Source of the DNA: Thermoplasmatales archaeon
Lineage (GTDB): Archaea > Thermoplasmatota > Thermoplasmata > Thermoplasmatales > Thermoplasmataceae
Direction: 5' to 3'
Assembly: GCA_027310185.1 (NCBI GenBank)
Contig: DAIDBH010000008.1
Span: 1-64,000, forward strand
DNA length: 64,000 bases
Positions within the stretch are counted from its first letter, which is position 1. Every line of letters starts with the position of its first letter. The translations under genes were made by a program, and so were the position numbers. Below the pieces are notes generated by a model. That model searched no databases and had not been told where the DNA came from. It worked only from the letters and a program-made list of their open reading frames with translations. Positions 29,540-38,503 of the stretch are shown in pieces.

Positions 29540-29960
29540 GACCTATATAGTGCGGTTGAACCTCCCGGTTCTCTCATATTACTCACCAGAAGGTAGGAAA
29601 TCCCCCTCCCCTACAATGTTCCCTGCAATGGTGAAATATGTGCCCGGAGCGAGCTGGAAGTCTTGCGTAGCAAGACCGAGTGGTGTAAGCGTCAGCGGTG
29701 GGTGGTGTGTAACACCACACATACACCACGAGCGGCGAGCACAGGACACCACCCTGAATGAGCGTGGCGAATGAGGGGCTCTTTCGAAGAAAGAGTGCGA
29801 TACGTAAATCAAAAGAGGGGTTAGGGGTGAATTTTGATTGGAGGCGAAGCATGGGGTCCTGTGCTCGGCGTGCAGGCGAGCGGAGGGTACATAGTAAACA
29901 GCGAAGACTCAAAGAGGGGTGGCTGAAAGTCGGGGTGAATTTGAGCCGAAGCATACCAAA
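29540..29960. other. GC-rich structured intergenic tract (origin-like or ncRNA)
   Basis: Hairpins at 29660-29676, 29702-29729 and 29778-29796; 12-bp inverted repeat 29736-29747/29856-29867; imperfect direct repeat 29809-29852/29909-29954. Confidence 0.55.
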
Positions 29961-29995
29961 AGGTATTAAAATCTAAAAGAATATAGAGTTATATT

Positions 29996-30172
29996 ATGAC
30001 CACAGCAAAACAGTCAAGGCTTGTAAGCATACCAAAGTCCGATCTGGATAGCCTTGAGGCTACCATCGAGACTCTTGAGAATGAGTATGTAATGGATCAG
30101 CTGGAAAGGAGCGAGCAGGACATACAGAGTGGAAGAGTCAGAAACGTTAGAGAGTTCCTGAAAGAGCTCTAA
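29996..30172 (+). CDS. 58-aa RelB/Phd-like antitoxin, not in the ORF track
   Basis: MTTAKQSRLVSIPKSDLDSLEATIETLENEYVMDQLERSEQDIQSGRVRNVREFLKEL; AT-rich TATA-like sequence upstream. Confidence 0.75.
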   Translation: MTTAKQSRLVSIPKSDLDSLEATIETLENEYVMDQLERSEQDIQSGRVRNVREFLKEL

Positions 30173-30429
30173 TAATACTTCTTCGCTTCGTCTTTGTGAA
30201 GGATTGCTCTGAGCGTCACTTTCTTTTGCTCTTCGTTTATTTCATACCAAACTTTGAAAGGACCAATTCTGAGCTGCCATAGTCCGTGAAGCTTGCCTCT
30301 CAATGGCTTCCCTGACTGCGGTTCCTGTTCCAGTCTCTCCGCCATGTGTTGCAGCCATTCTTTCTTATCCTTATGGTTCCTGGAGAATTCCTTCTCGAAT
30401 GCTTCCGTGGATTCTACGGTGTAGCTCAT
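30169..30429 (-). CDS. RelE/ParE-family toxin
   Basis: GKPLRGKLHGLWQLRIGPFKVWYEI. Confidence 0.85.
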   Translation of the reverse strand: MSYTVESTEAFEKEFSRNHKDKKEWLQHMAERLEQEPQSGKPLRGKLHGLWQLRIGPFKVWYEINEEQKKVTLRAILHKDEAKKYY

Positions 30430-30452
30430 AAATATTAGCCTCTACTTTGCGC

Positions 30453-33374
30453 TCAATAGTCCTTAAAGCCCATGTAATCTCCCAGCGTGCCTCTCACCTT
30501 TGCCTTTGTAAGTTTGGCATATTCCAATATCTCGCAAGTGGTTGCTCCCTGCTTCTTCATCTGCTCGAATGTGTTCTGGCTGAGCAACACATAGCTCCAG
30601 TTACAGTTCATCCTCTCTTGAGGATCCAGTTCATTCACCTTATCTATCCAATCTATTGCTGCCAGTCTCTTGTTTTGCACGTTCTTGTTGCTCATATCTC
30701 TTTCAGATTTTGTCTCAACCAGGTAAATCTGGTCACATGCCCTGATCATAAAATCAGGATAGTAATGTGCCAACAGTCCGTCGTCCCGGATATAGATGAT
30801 GTTGGCGAAATCGTTGTAGTATTCGTTTATCTTAACAAATGCCTTTACTTTTGAGTCTGCATCTATGAACTCGATGAAGTCCTTCTCAAAACCGCCGCTG
30901 TGAGACGGGTACGCAATCTTTTCGTATATGTTTTTTGCAGCGCTAATCGCGTAAGTTTCCCTTACCCTTATTTCCGGGACTTCCGAGAAATACTTCTTCA
31001 CGATCCTTGCCTCGTTAACCTTGAGACCTTTCATGGAATCGTATACGGCCTGGGCAATGTTACTAACGATGTGCTTGATTATGCTCTGCTGTGTTATCAA
31101 CAGGATGCGCCAGTTGTTGTCCTCGAGAGGATCAAATTCCTCTCCGAACAGCCTGTGTCTTATGTACTCATCCGTAAGCTTGGCGATTAACGCTGAATTC
31201 ACCTGCATCACCGGGAAATCTCTCTGTTTTCTTCCTCTGGCATTGACATGGATCACCGAGACCGCATTTACCACCTTCTGGATGAACGAATTGTAGCTCT
31301 TGGCCGTGAATATATCGGCAGTGACCGTGTATTCTCCGAACGTTGTCTTGACTGTGAGTTCTTCGCTGTAAAAGGTGTCTCCCTTGTTCTTTACCAAAGG
31401 TCTCAATTCTTCCAGTTTCATGGGAAAAGGTGCAAGTTTCTCGATAGAGAAGTCAGGAACCGCCAGTTCTTCCTCCTTCTCCTGCAATATTATGATCCAG
31501 AAAAGGTCATAATCTCTGTGGTTTGGTTTGAGTCCGACCCTGATCAGGTCGCCCACAACCTTTGTATTTGATGGCTCTTCTCCAACTTTGCCAACCATTC
31601 CCGCAAGGACTCTCTCGTAATACTCGATGAATTTTGGATGCTCAACCACACTCAATATGTCGATGTAACTGTCCGGTTCTTCCTTCTTCATCAGGAGTTT
31701 TTCACGATTTTCTGACCTCATGTCGTCATAGTCTGGCCCTCGCCACATCAGCCTCAGACCCCTTCCTATCAGTTGTTCTAGAAGAACGTAAGAAGATGCG
31801 GATCTGAGAGGAACTATCACGCATATGTTATTTACGTCAAATCCTTCCCTGAGCATCAGGACAGAAACTATCACCTTTGGTTTCTCATGTCGGTCTATGT
31901 CAAACAATCTCTGCTCTATTGCCTTCCACTCGTCTTCACTGACGTCGCCTTTCTTGGTGGAATGAATCTCCATTATTTCATCTTCGGAATAGCCCTCTTG
32001 CATCATAAATGTCACAACAAGAGGCACTACCTTAGTATCTTCACAAACAACAAGCATCTTCGGGTATTTTGTTGGATCAAGCTTTGTGAATTTCTCCTCC
32101 AGTATGTTGAGTTTCTTCATTCCGGCTCTTAGCATCAGTTTCTGGCCATCAGAAAGACTGGAAACCTGCCTGCCCTCTCGTTCCGCTTTAAATTCCAAGT
32201 CTTCCAAAGGTATTGCGCCGAACTCCTTCCTCTTGTCGATTGCGACGGTTTTCACAAGCCCTTTCTTTATGGCATCCACAAGTTCGAAGTTGGCCACGAT
32301 GTGCGGAAAGTGGTTTTGTACCCTGCTCTGGCCGCTTCCTGTTACCACATAGGGAGTTGCAGAGAAGTCAACCTGAATGAAACGGCTCTTCTTTTTCTCT
32401 GATATCTTGTCAAGTGCTTCCTGCCACTTCTTCTCCACAATTTCGTCCGATTTCTTCATCTCTCCAAGATGGTGGGCTTCGTCATTGAAAACTACGAGAC
32501 TGGGTAAATTGGCCAGGTAATCCAGTTCCTTGCCTCTGAGATATTGATTGTCCAGTTCCTCCAGCGAGTGTCCCTGTGAATTCCCCGGTGTTATGGGCAG
32601 CAACTCATTTACTGTTATATCTGGCCGATCCAACGGCGATTCTGCGTCCATAACTTCCTCATCCTCTGTCAGCAGGTGCCAATTGGTTATTGCGATCAAG
32701 CCATCACCAGTCACTTTGCCGATTTCTTCCTTCTGTGATACACAGCCCTGGATGAATCCAAAGATCTCGTCCTTGCGTGCTGGAGGAATAAAGAGCTCTT
32801 CAAATTTCCAGAAATCGGACTGCTCAAAATCCCTAGTTCCATCTTCTCTTCGCTTTCCCAGATACGCATCCAACAACCTTTCATAGACAATGATTCCCGG
32901 AGCTATCAGAAGGAAATTCCTTGAATACTCACCGCTTTCGTTTTCTTCGTACTTTGAATTTAGAAATTGCCAGATCATCAGGGCATGAAGGACCCAAGTC
33001 TTTCCAGTCCCTGTGGCCATCTTAACGCAATATTTCGGATGCTCGTACTTATCCCGCTTCAGATCAAGCAGGTCCATTTGAGCTAACAATTCAGGATACA
33101 TTTGAGTATAGATTTCTCTAACACTCTTGAGTTTGAGAATCTCATGGACGTAAATTACATTCAGAATGGCTTGCCATTGGCCATCATGGAAGTTAATGTT
33201 TCTTTCATCGGCGAAAATTCCGTTTGGATCCCAGAATTTCAGAATTTCCTGTGTTATGGGTGTGACTTTCTGCATAAAGTCTCCGGATTTCCACAACGCA
33301 CTGGCTTCTTCGGTTATTCTTTTCGCAAGTTTTAATGGGATATCCTTGGTGCCAAGGGACTTTATGTTTACCAT
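30453..33374 (-). CDS. res: Type III-like restriction subunit (SF2 helicase plus PD-(D/E)XK nuclease)
   Basis: MATGTGKT, NDEAHH, FSATP, LREGFDV, QLIGRGLR, YYPDF..VETK. Confidence 0.88.
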   Translation of the reverse strand: MVNIKSLGTKDIPLKLAKRITEEASALWKSGDFMQKVTPITQEILKFWDPNGIFADERNINFHDGQWQAILNVIYVHEILKLKSVREIYTQMYPELLAQMDLLDLKRDKYEHPKYCVKMATGTGKTWVLHALMIWQFLNSKYEENESGEYSRNFLLIAPGIIVYERLLDAYLGKRREDGTRDFEQSDFWKFEELFIPPARKDEIFGFIQGCVSQKEEIGKVTGDGLIAITNWHLLTEDEEVMDAESPLDRPDITVNELLPITPGNSQGHSLEELDNQYLRGKELDYLANLPSLVVFNDEAHHLGEMKKSDEIVEKKWQEALDKISEKKKSRFIQVDFSATPYVVTGSGQSRVQNHFPHIVANFELVDAIKKGLVKTVAIDKRKEFGAIPLEDLEFKAEREGRQVSSLSDGQKLMLRAGMKKLNILEEKFTKLDPTKYPKMLVVCEDTKVVPLVVTFMMQEGYSEDEIMEIHSTKKGDVSEDEWKAIEQRLFDIDRHEKPKVIVSVLMLREGFDVNNICVIVPLRSASSYVLLEQLIGRGLRLMWRGPDYDDMRSENREKLLMKKEEPDSYIDILSVVEHPKFIEYYERVLAGMVGKVGEEPSNTKVVGDLIRVGLKPNHRDYDLFWIIILQEKEEELAVPDFSIEKLAPFPMKLEELRPLVKNKGDTFYSEELTVKTTFGEYTVTADIFTAKSYNSFIQKVVNAVSVIHVNARGRKQRDFPVMQVNSALIAKLTDEYIRHRLFGEEFDPLEDNNWRILLITQQSIIKHIVSNIAQAVYDSMKGLKVNEARIVKKYFSEVPEIRVRETYAISAAKNIYEKIAYPSHSGGFEKDFIEFIDADSKVKAFVKINEYYNDFANIIYIRDDGLLAHYYPDFMIRACDQIYLVETKSERDMSNKNVQNKRLAAIDWIDKVNELDPQERMNCNWSYVLLSQNTFEQMKKQGATTCEILEYAKLTKAKVRGTLGDYMGFKDY

Positions 33375-35503
33375 CAGCTTACCTCTTTAATCGCCACGCT
33401 TTCAAACCCAAATACGTCCACCGCTTTCACACAGACCTTTCTGATCCCATTAACGTGGGGGACAAGCAGCTTCACTTTCCTGTCAACTTTCGATGCCCCT
33501 TCGTGGTTTTCCCTGTAATCCTGCCATTTGCTCCTGAATACTTTTCCATCATATTCGGGATCGATACTCCAGTACTCGACGAGACTCAACGGGTCTTCCC
33601 CGATGATCTTTTCTAGTTTGTCTTTATCTGACTTATCCAGAGGTAGTGCATCTGGAGACAGTAGAACATAGTTTTCAAGTTCAATCGTTAACTCCTCCTT
33701 ATCGTCTTCCACTGGTTTCTTGAGGATCGGTTTAACAGTGAGGTATTGTAAGGAGCTAAATCTAACGCTGCCTTCCTTTATGAGTTTTTCATAGTCTGCT
33801 TTGTGTTTCAGTTTTTCCAGCAAGTCTGGGGGAATCACCAGTACTTCGAGGTTATCATCATTCAGGCTGTCTATGATCTTACCGATATCCGTTTCGAAGT
33901 TCCATCCCAGAACAACGATCTTTTCCCATCCTCCCATGAAAGAAGCTCTGAGTTCCTGAGCCTTTTTGAGTGTAGCATAACCTGTAATTTTTGTGGGAGA
34001 GTCAACCAATACCAAGGTTTTACTTTGCTTTATATATCCGAGATTGGTGGGAGTGCCTTCTTGCATCGGAAATGGAAGCACACCATACAGGTTAATCACA
34101 ACGTGAGCAAGGTCACCTATACGCCTGAATTGTGATCTTTCAAACTGTTCTTTTTGGTAGTCTCCTATTGATTGATAAAGAAATGGCTTTGCGTCCTGGT
34201 CTATAAGACGTTTTCTTGTGATCATGCAGGCAGGTTTTCCTAGGTCACACATGATCCAGTTCCTTCCTAGTTTCTCTGCAACTGCACCTAGAGTACCAGA
34301 ACCAGAAAAAAAATCTGCAACAAATCCTTTATCCGGTGAAGAAGCATCTATAATTCTATTTAAGAGGCCCATTGGTTTTTGTGTATCATAGTTAACTCTT
34401 TCATTGCTATTAGCTGCTATTGGCGCAACCTCCTCATCCGCCCATATTCTGTCGTCAATCCATAAATCTCCAAGATAATCTCCTTTTTTGTTCTCAAGAT
34501 ATTTCTTTATTCTTGGGGTTCCATTCTTCGTGAAAATAATCAGACCATCTTTTAAGCCCGCGTCAATTCGTTCTTGGCTCCAAATCCAATGCTTCCCGCT
34601 TGGCGGTTCTAACAACTTATCGCCAAAATATCTCGCTTGACCTTGGCCAGATTGAGTAAAATCAAAGCTGCCCCAAAGTTTTCCCGTACCTTCCTCAACA
34701 TATGGATAACTACTGTCCTCTTTGCCTACTGGCAAGTATTGACCTTTAAAATAACAGGAATCAGATTTACTGTAGAATAAAATAGCATCTTTCAAGTTTG
34801 AGAAAACTTTGCTTTGAGCTTTTGCTGCAGTAAGTTTTTTCCAAACAATCTCACTTCTAAAATTATCTTTGCCAAAAACTTCATCCATGATTACTTTAAC
34901 ATAATGGCCAACATGCCAGTCTATATGGAAATAAATTGACCCTTTTTCACTAAGAAGTTCCCTCATAAGGATTAGTCTTGGAACAATCATTTCCAAGTAG
35001 GACTTTGTCCCGTCCTTCCAAGTATCCGAGTAAGCGAACTGTTCTATAACCGAAGGTTTTTGTTCAATGTCTACAGATGGAAGATGTATTTTTGTTCTAT
35101 AGTCTGCCTTGCTGTCAAAAGGTGGGTCAATATAAATCAAATCTATTTTGCCCCTCATAGAGGGAAGCCCTGTATCTGGGTCCCCAGCTAGAAGTGCCTG
35201 CATCGCAAGTAGATTATCACCATATATGAGTCTGTTAAGAAACTCATTGTTATCTTCTTTTTTTACAGCCTGGCCAGTGAACTGAGTTAATCCTCCGACG
35301 GCCTTAGTCGGCAGGACCAATTCATTTGTCTGAAGAGTTATTCTTTGTGTCTTAGAAAGTCCATCGAGGATTCTTTGAGCCTCCTTTTTTCCTCTCTCCA
35401 CTATTTTTGGTAATTCTTCAATTAGTGATTTTCTTTGTCCATTTCCACCTCTTTGAGTAGGATCGCTTTTTTCCTCCAACGAATCAACCATGTAAAACAC
35501 CAC
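33374..35503 (-). CDS. mod: Type III-like DNA amino-methyltransferase (Mod)
   Basis: GDNL, YIDPPF, TQKP, DFFSGSGT (beta-class motif order). Confidence 0.9.
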   Translation of the reverse strand: MVFYMVDSLEEKSDPTQRGGNGQRKSLIEELPKIVERGKKEAQRILDGLSKTQRITLQTNELVLPTKAVGGLTQFTGQAVKKEDNNEFLNRLIYGDNLLAMQALLAGDPDTGLPSMRGKIDLIYIDPPFDSKADYRTKIHLPSVDIEQKPSVIEQFAYSDTWKDGTKSYLEMIVPRLILMRELLSEKGSIYFHIDWHVGHYVKVIMDEVFGKDNFRSEIVWKKLTAAKAQSKVFSNLKDAILFYSKSDSCYFKGQYLPVGKEDSSYPYVEEGTGKLWGSFDFTQSGQGQARYFGDKLLEPPSGKHWIWSQERIDAGLKDGLIIFTKNGTPRIKKYLENKKGDYLGDLWIDDRIWADEEVAPIAANSNERVNYDTQKPMGLLNRIIDASSPDKGFVADFFSGSGTLGAVAEKLGRNWIMCDLGKPACMITRKRLIDQDAKPFLYQSIGDYQKEQFERSQFRRIGDLAHVVINLYGVLPFPMQEGTPTNLGYIKQSKTLVLVDSPTKITGYATLKKAQELRASFMGGWEKIVVLGWNFETDIGKIIDSLNDDNLEVLVIPPDLLEKLKHKADYEKLIKEGSVRFSSLQYLTVKPILKKPVEDDKEELTIELENYVLLSPDALPLDKSDKDKLEKIIGEDPLSLVEYWSIDPEYDGKVFRSKWQDYRENHEGASKVDRKVKLLVPHVNGIRKVCVKAVDVFGFESVAIKEVS

Positions 35504-35518
35504 GATATTGAGTACTAA

Positions 35519-35985
35519 CTAAAGCCTCTTTCTTAACTCTCCAGATACAATAGAAGCATCCGATAATAATATTTGTGACTCCATTGTATAATATCTGCCT
35601 ATCTTCTTCTTGATCAGTGTGATAAGGCCAAGGTTCTGCAAATAATTGACGCTCTGGAAAAACGTTGACTTGCTCACTCCACTGAGCAGCAAATGACTGG
35701 ATGCTGAAACTTCGGAATACGCCCTGTTCGTATCCTGATTCTTGACCAGCGCTGCCAGTATCAGCAGGTCCTGGTCTCCAAGGTTCTTGAGCGTTTCGCC
35801 TTCCACCTCCACGTAAGCCTGCTTCAGTGCTGTCTTGATCGAGTCCTCATCCCATTTATTGCTCCTGCCAAGAATTTCCAGGGCCTTTATTCCGATCCTT
35901 GCGTCACTCCTGTAGTCCCTAACAAGCAGTGCAGACAAGAGACCCAGAGACTCCTTGTCATATTCATTCAGGCCTTCCTTTGCCT
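35519..35985 (-). pseudogene. C-terminal fragment of a Cdc6/Orc1-like AAA+ initiator
   Basis: SDARIGIKAL sensor-2-like helix and a winged-helix end (SKSTFFQSVNYLQNLGLI); no Walker motifs. Confidence 0.6.
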
Positions 35986-36462
35986 TCATAATCGCCAAGA
36001 GATTCCGGTCTGAGGCCTGTGAATGCCATGATCGCTATGGCAACCCTTCCTCCTGAGGTTGCTTTCCTGATTATCCTTGCCTGTTCTTCCTTGCTTGGCA
36101 CACTTTTGTTTGCTATCGTGGGTGTTTCATTCTCGTCGGATGTGTTAACGATTAACTGCAAACGAATTTCATTAAATTTAAGCCATGAGATGATGACTTT
36201 CTTGAACCTCGCAATGTATGATCCTGCTTTGCCCTCCTTTTCAGTTTCCTGACAAAATCCGTAAACTCGTAGCGGAAATCCTTTTCGTTTGATCTGGCTT
36301 TGTTCAAGATTTCCTTTGGCGTTGTCTCTGTAATCTCGCAATAGTGGCCCAAGTTCCTTAGAGCCATCGTAGCAGTTAAGACGGTTTTGCCTTGAGATTC
36401 TCAAACCACATTCGTAAATCCTCATTAAGAAGCAGTTCCTGATACTTCGGCTGCATGGTCAT
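35964..36462 (-). pseudogene. Tyrosine integrase remnant (frameshifted and truncated)
   Basis: Three frames join as MQPKYQELL..WFENLKAK / ALRNLGHYCE..FTDFVRKL / EGKAGSYIARFKK..MAFTGLRPESLGDYEG; the HxxR and Tyr motifs are missing. Confidence 0.85.
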
Positions 36463-36512
36463 GAGTACATAACAAGTTCCGAGAATAAAAAAGGTCAGAT
36501 TAATAAATATAA

Positions 36513-36584
36513 TGGACCGGTCGGGATTTGAACCCGAGGCCTCTTGCTTGCAAAGCAAGCGATCTACCGCTGATCTACCGGCCC
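36513..36584 (-). tRNA. tRNA-Ala(TGC)
   Basis: GGGCCGGTAGATCAGCGGTAGATCGCTTGCTTTGCAAGCAAGAGGCCTCGGGTTCAAATCCCGACCGGTCCA forms a cloverleaf with a G3:U70 pair; no intron. Confidence 0.97.
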
Positions 36585-36716
36585 TTTTCACCAGTATGTG
36601 TTAATACATAATTTAATTTTTGCTTGATTCACCGGAAGAACTGCATATTCCTTCCATATGGTAACATGAACAGGAGTTCAAAAACATAATTAAGAGCGAA
36701 TGACATCATTAGTGAA

Positions 36717-37445
36717 ATGGACATAATCAAGATCGGTGGAAGCCTGCTAACTGACAAGACTGTATACCGGAAATTTTACCAGAAGAAGACGTCTACCATA
36801 ATACAGAAGCTTTCAAGAGTGGACAGATTCATACTTGTTCATGGAGGAGGCTCCTTCGGTCATTATATCAGTGAGAAATACGGCCTGCCCGGACAATCAA
36901 CAGAGGAGAGGATGAAGGCTGCATCCATAGTGAAATACGACATGGCAGACCTGAACCAGAGGATAGTAAGGATGCTGAACAGCGCTGGAAGACCGGCCAT
37001 GGGCATATCACCGTTCTTCCTTGACAGAAATGATTCATTCAATTACGATCTTGTAGGAAAGGTACTGGAAGCTGGTTTCATACCTGTACTTTACGGAGAT
37101 GTGTATTTAAGGGATCATGAAATTGGAATCCTGTCAGGGGATCATATCATGGTTTCACTTGCTGAAATGTTCAGGCCCGAAAGGGCCATCTTTCTTAGTG
37201 ACGTGGATGGTGTTTTTGACAGAGATCCCAAGAAATACAGGGATGCAGCAATGCTCAGGAAGTATTCAACCGAGAAGGTGAATTTCAGTGCAATATCCAA
37301 TGATGTTACAGGTGGCATGGAACTGAAGTTCAGATCCATGATAAACTGCAGGAATGCAGGTGTAAAGACATACTTAATAAACGGGAATTATCCTGAGAGG
37401 ATGGATAGCATAGGGAAAGAAGATTTTGTGGGGACTGAATTTTAA
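36717..37445 (+). CDS. ipk: Isopentenyl phosphate kinase
   Basis: KIGGSLLTDK, VHGGGSFGH, SGD, DVTGGM; next to IDI. Confidence 0.9.
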   Translation: MDIIKIGGSLLTDKTVYRKFYQKKTSTIIQKLSRVDRFILVHGGGSFGHYISEKYGLPGQSTEERMKAASIVKYDMADLNQRIVRMLNSAGRPAMGISPFFLDRNDSFNYDLVGKVLEAGFIPVLYGDVYLRDHEIGILSGDHIMVSLAEMFRPERAIFLSDVDGVFDRDPKKYRDAAMLRKYSTEKVNFSAISNDVTGGMELKFRSMINCRNAGVKTYLINGNYPERMDSIGKEDFVGTEF

Positions 37446-38503
37446 TGATAGAAAACAGGAAGGAGGATCATATAAGGATAGCAGAGGGAAAGGAGGTTAA
37501 TGCGTCCCATAATTACTGGGATGATATCACGCTTATTCACAGGGCCATTCCTGAGGTGAATTATGACGGAATTGACACGAGGGTGGATTTCCATGGAAAC
37601 AGGATAGATTACCCCATACTGATCTCGTCAATGACAGGTGGTACAGATCTTGCCAGGAAGATAAATGAGAACCTTGCATGGGCGGCAGAGAAGTTCCACA
37701 TTCCAATGGGCCTTGGCAGCATGCGGGCAGCAGCTGAAAAGAAGGAGCTTGCAGGTACCTACTCAGTGATCAACAATTACAGTATACCGTTCAAGCTTGC
37801 CAATATAGGGGCACCACAGCTCATAAGGCAGGAGAAGGATGCGATGAGCAGGGAGAAGATAGACTACCTCATGGAACTCATAGATGCAAAATTTCTCATA
37901 ATTCATTTCAATTTTCTCCAGGAGATGATCCAGCCTGAGGGTGACAGGAATGCGAAGGGTGTCATGGAAAAGGTGAGAGAACTTGCGGCAAGCTACCCGG
38001 TTATAGCAAAGGAGACGGGAACAGGCTTCTCAGAAAGGGATATTGACATGCTTATAGATGCGGATGTAAAGGCGATTGATGTGGGTGGATTAGGAGGTAC
38101 AACCTTTGCAGCCATTGAGTATTACAGGGCAGAGAAACAGGGAGAGGGAGAGAAGGCCACAGCAGGCAAGACGTTCTGGAACTGGGGTGTGCCTTCTCCC
38201 ATAAGCCTAAAGATCATAAACGGCAGGATACCTGCCATCGGCAGTGGTGGCCTGAGAAATGGACTGGATCTTGCAAGGGCAATATCCATGGGTGCATCCA
38301 TGGGTGGTTTTGCCAGAACATTGCTGAAAGGGGCAGATGAATCAAGGGAGAGCATTGAAAGGAACATAAGTGCGATCATAAGGGAGCTGAAGATAGCAAT
38401 GTTTCTCACAGGTTCAGACAACGTTGAAAGCCTGAAGAGTGCAGATAAATTTATTCATGGAGAACTGAAGGAGTGGAGTGATTACTATGACAGAAGATTT
38501 TGA
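37445..38503 (+). CDS. fni: Type 2 isopentenyl-diphosphate isomerase
   Basis: RKEDH, SMTGG, GSMR, ANIG, QPEGD, KETG, GGT. Confidence 0.95.
   Translation: MIENRKEDHIRIAEGKEVNASHNYWDDITLIHRAIPEVNYDGIDTRVDFHGNRIDYPILISSMTGGTDLARKINENLAWAAEKFHIPMGLGSMRAAAEKKELAGTYSVINNYSIPFKLANIGAPQLIRQEKDAMSREKIDYLMELIDAKFLIIHFNFLQEMIQPEGDRNAKGVMEKVRELAASYPVIAKETGTGFSERDIDMLIDADVKAIDVGGLGGTTFAAIEYYRAEKQGEGEKATAGKTFWNWGVPSPISLKIINGRIPAIGSGGLRNGLDLARAISMGASMGGFARTLLKGADESRESIERNISAIIRELKIAMFLTGSDNVESLKSADKFIHGELKEWSDYYDRRF

Larger units (their letters stand above)
25322..36531. mobile_element. 11.2-kb integrative element remnant at tRNA-Ala carrying defence genes
   Basis: 21-bp direct repeats, a tyrosine integrase remnant next to the tRNA, and a Cdc6-like remnant. 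Confidence 0.85.

Noticed and set aside
29550-29976. Four overlapping ORFs in the GC-rich tract
   Set aside because: No recognisable motifs, Arg/Pro/Ser-rich composition, and mutually overlapping; better explained as non-coding structure.
36376-36591. 71-aa ORF in the track
   Set aside because: Its first half is the tRNA-Ala gene; only the last part is the integrase N-terminus.
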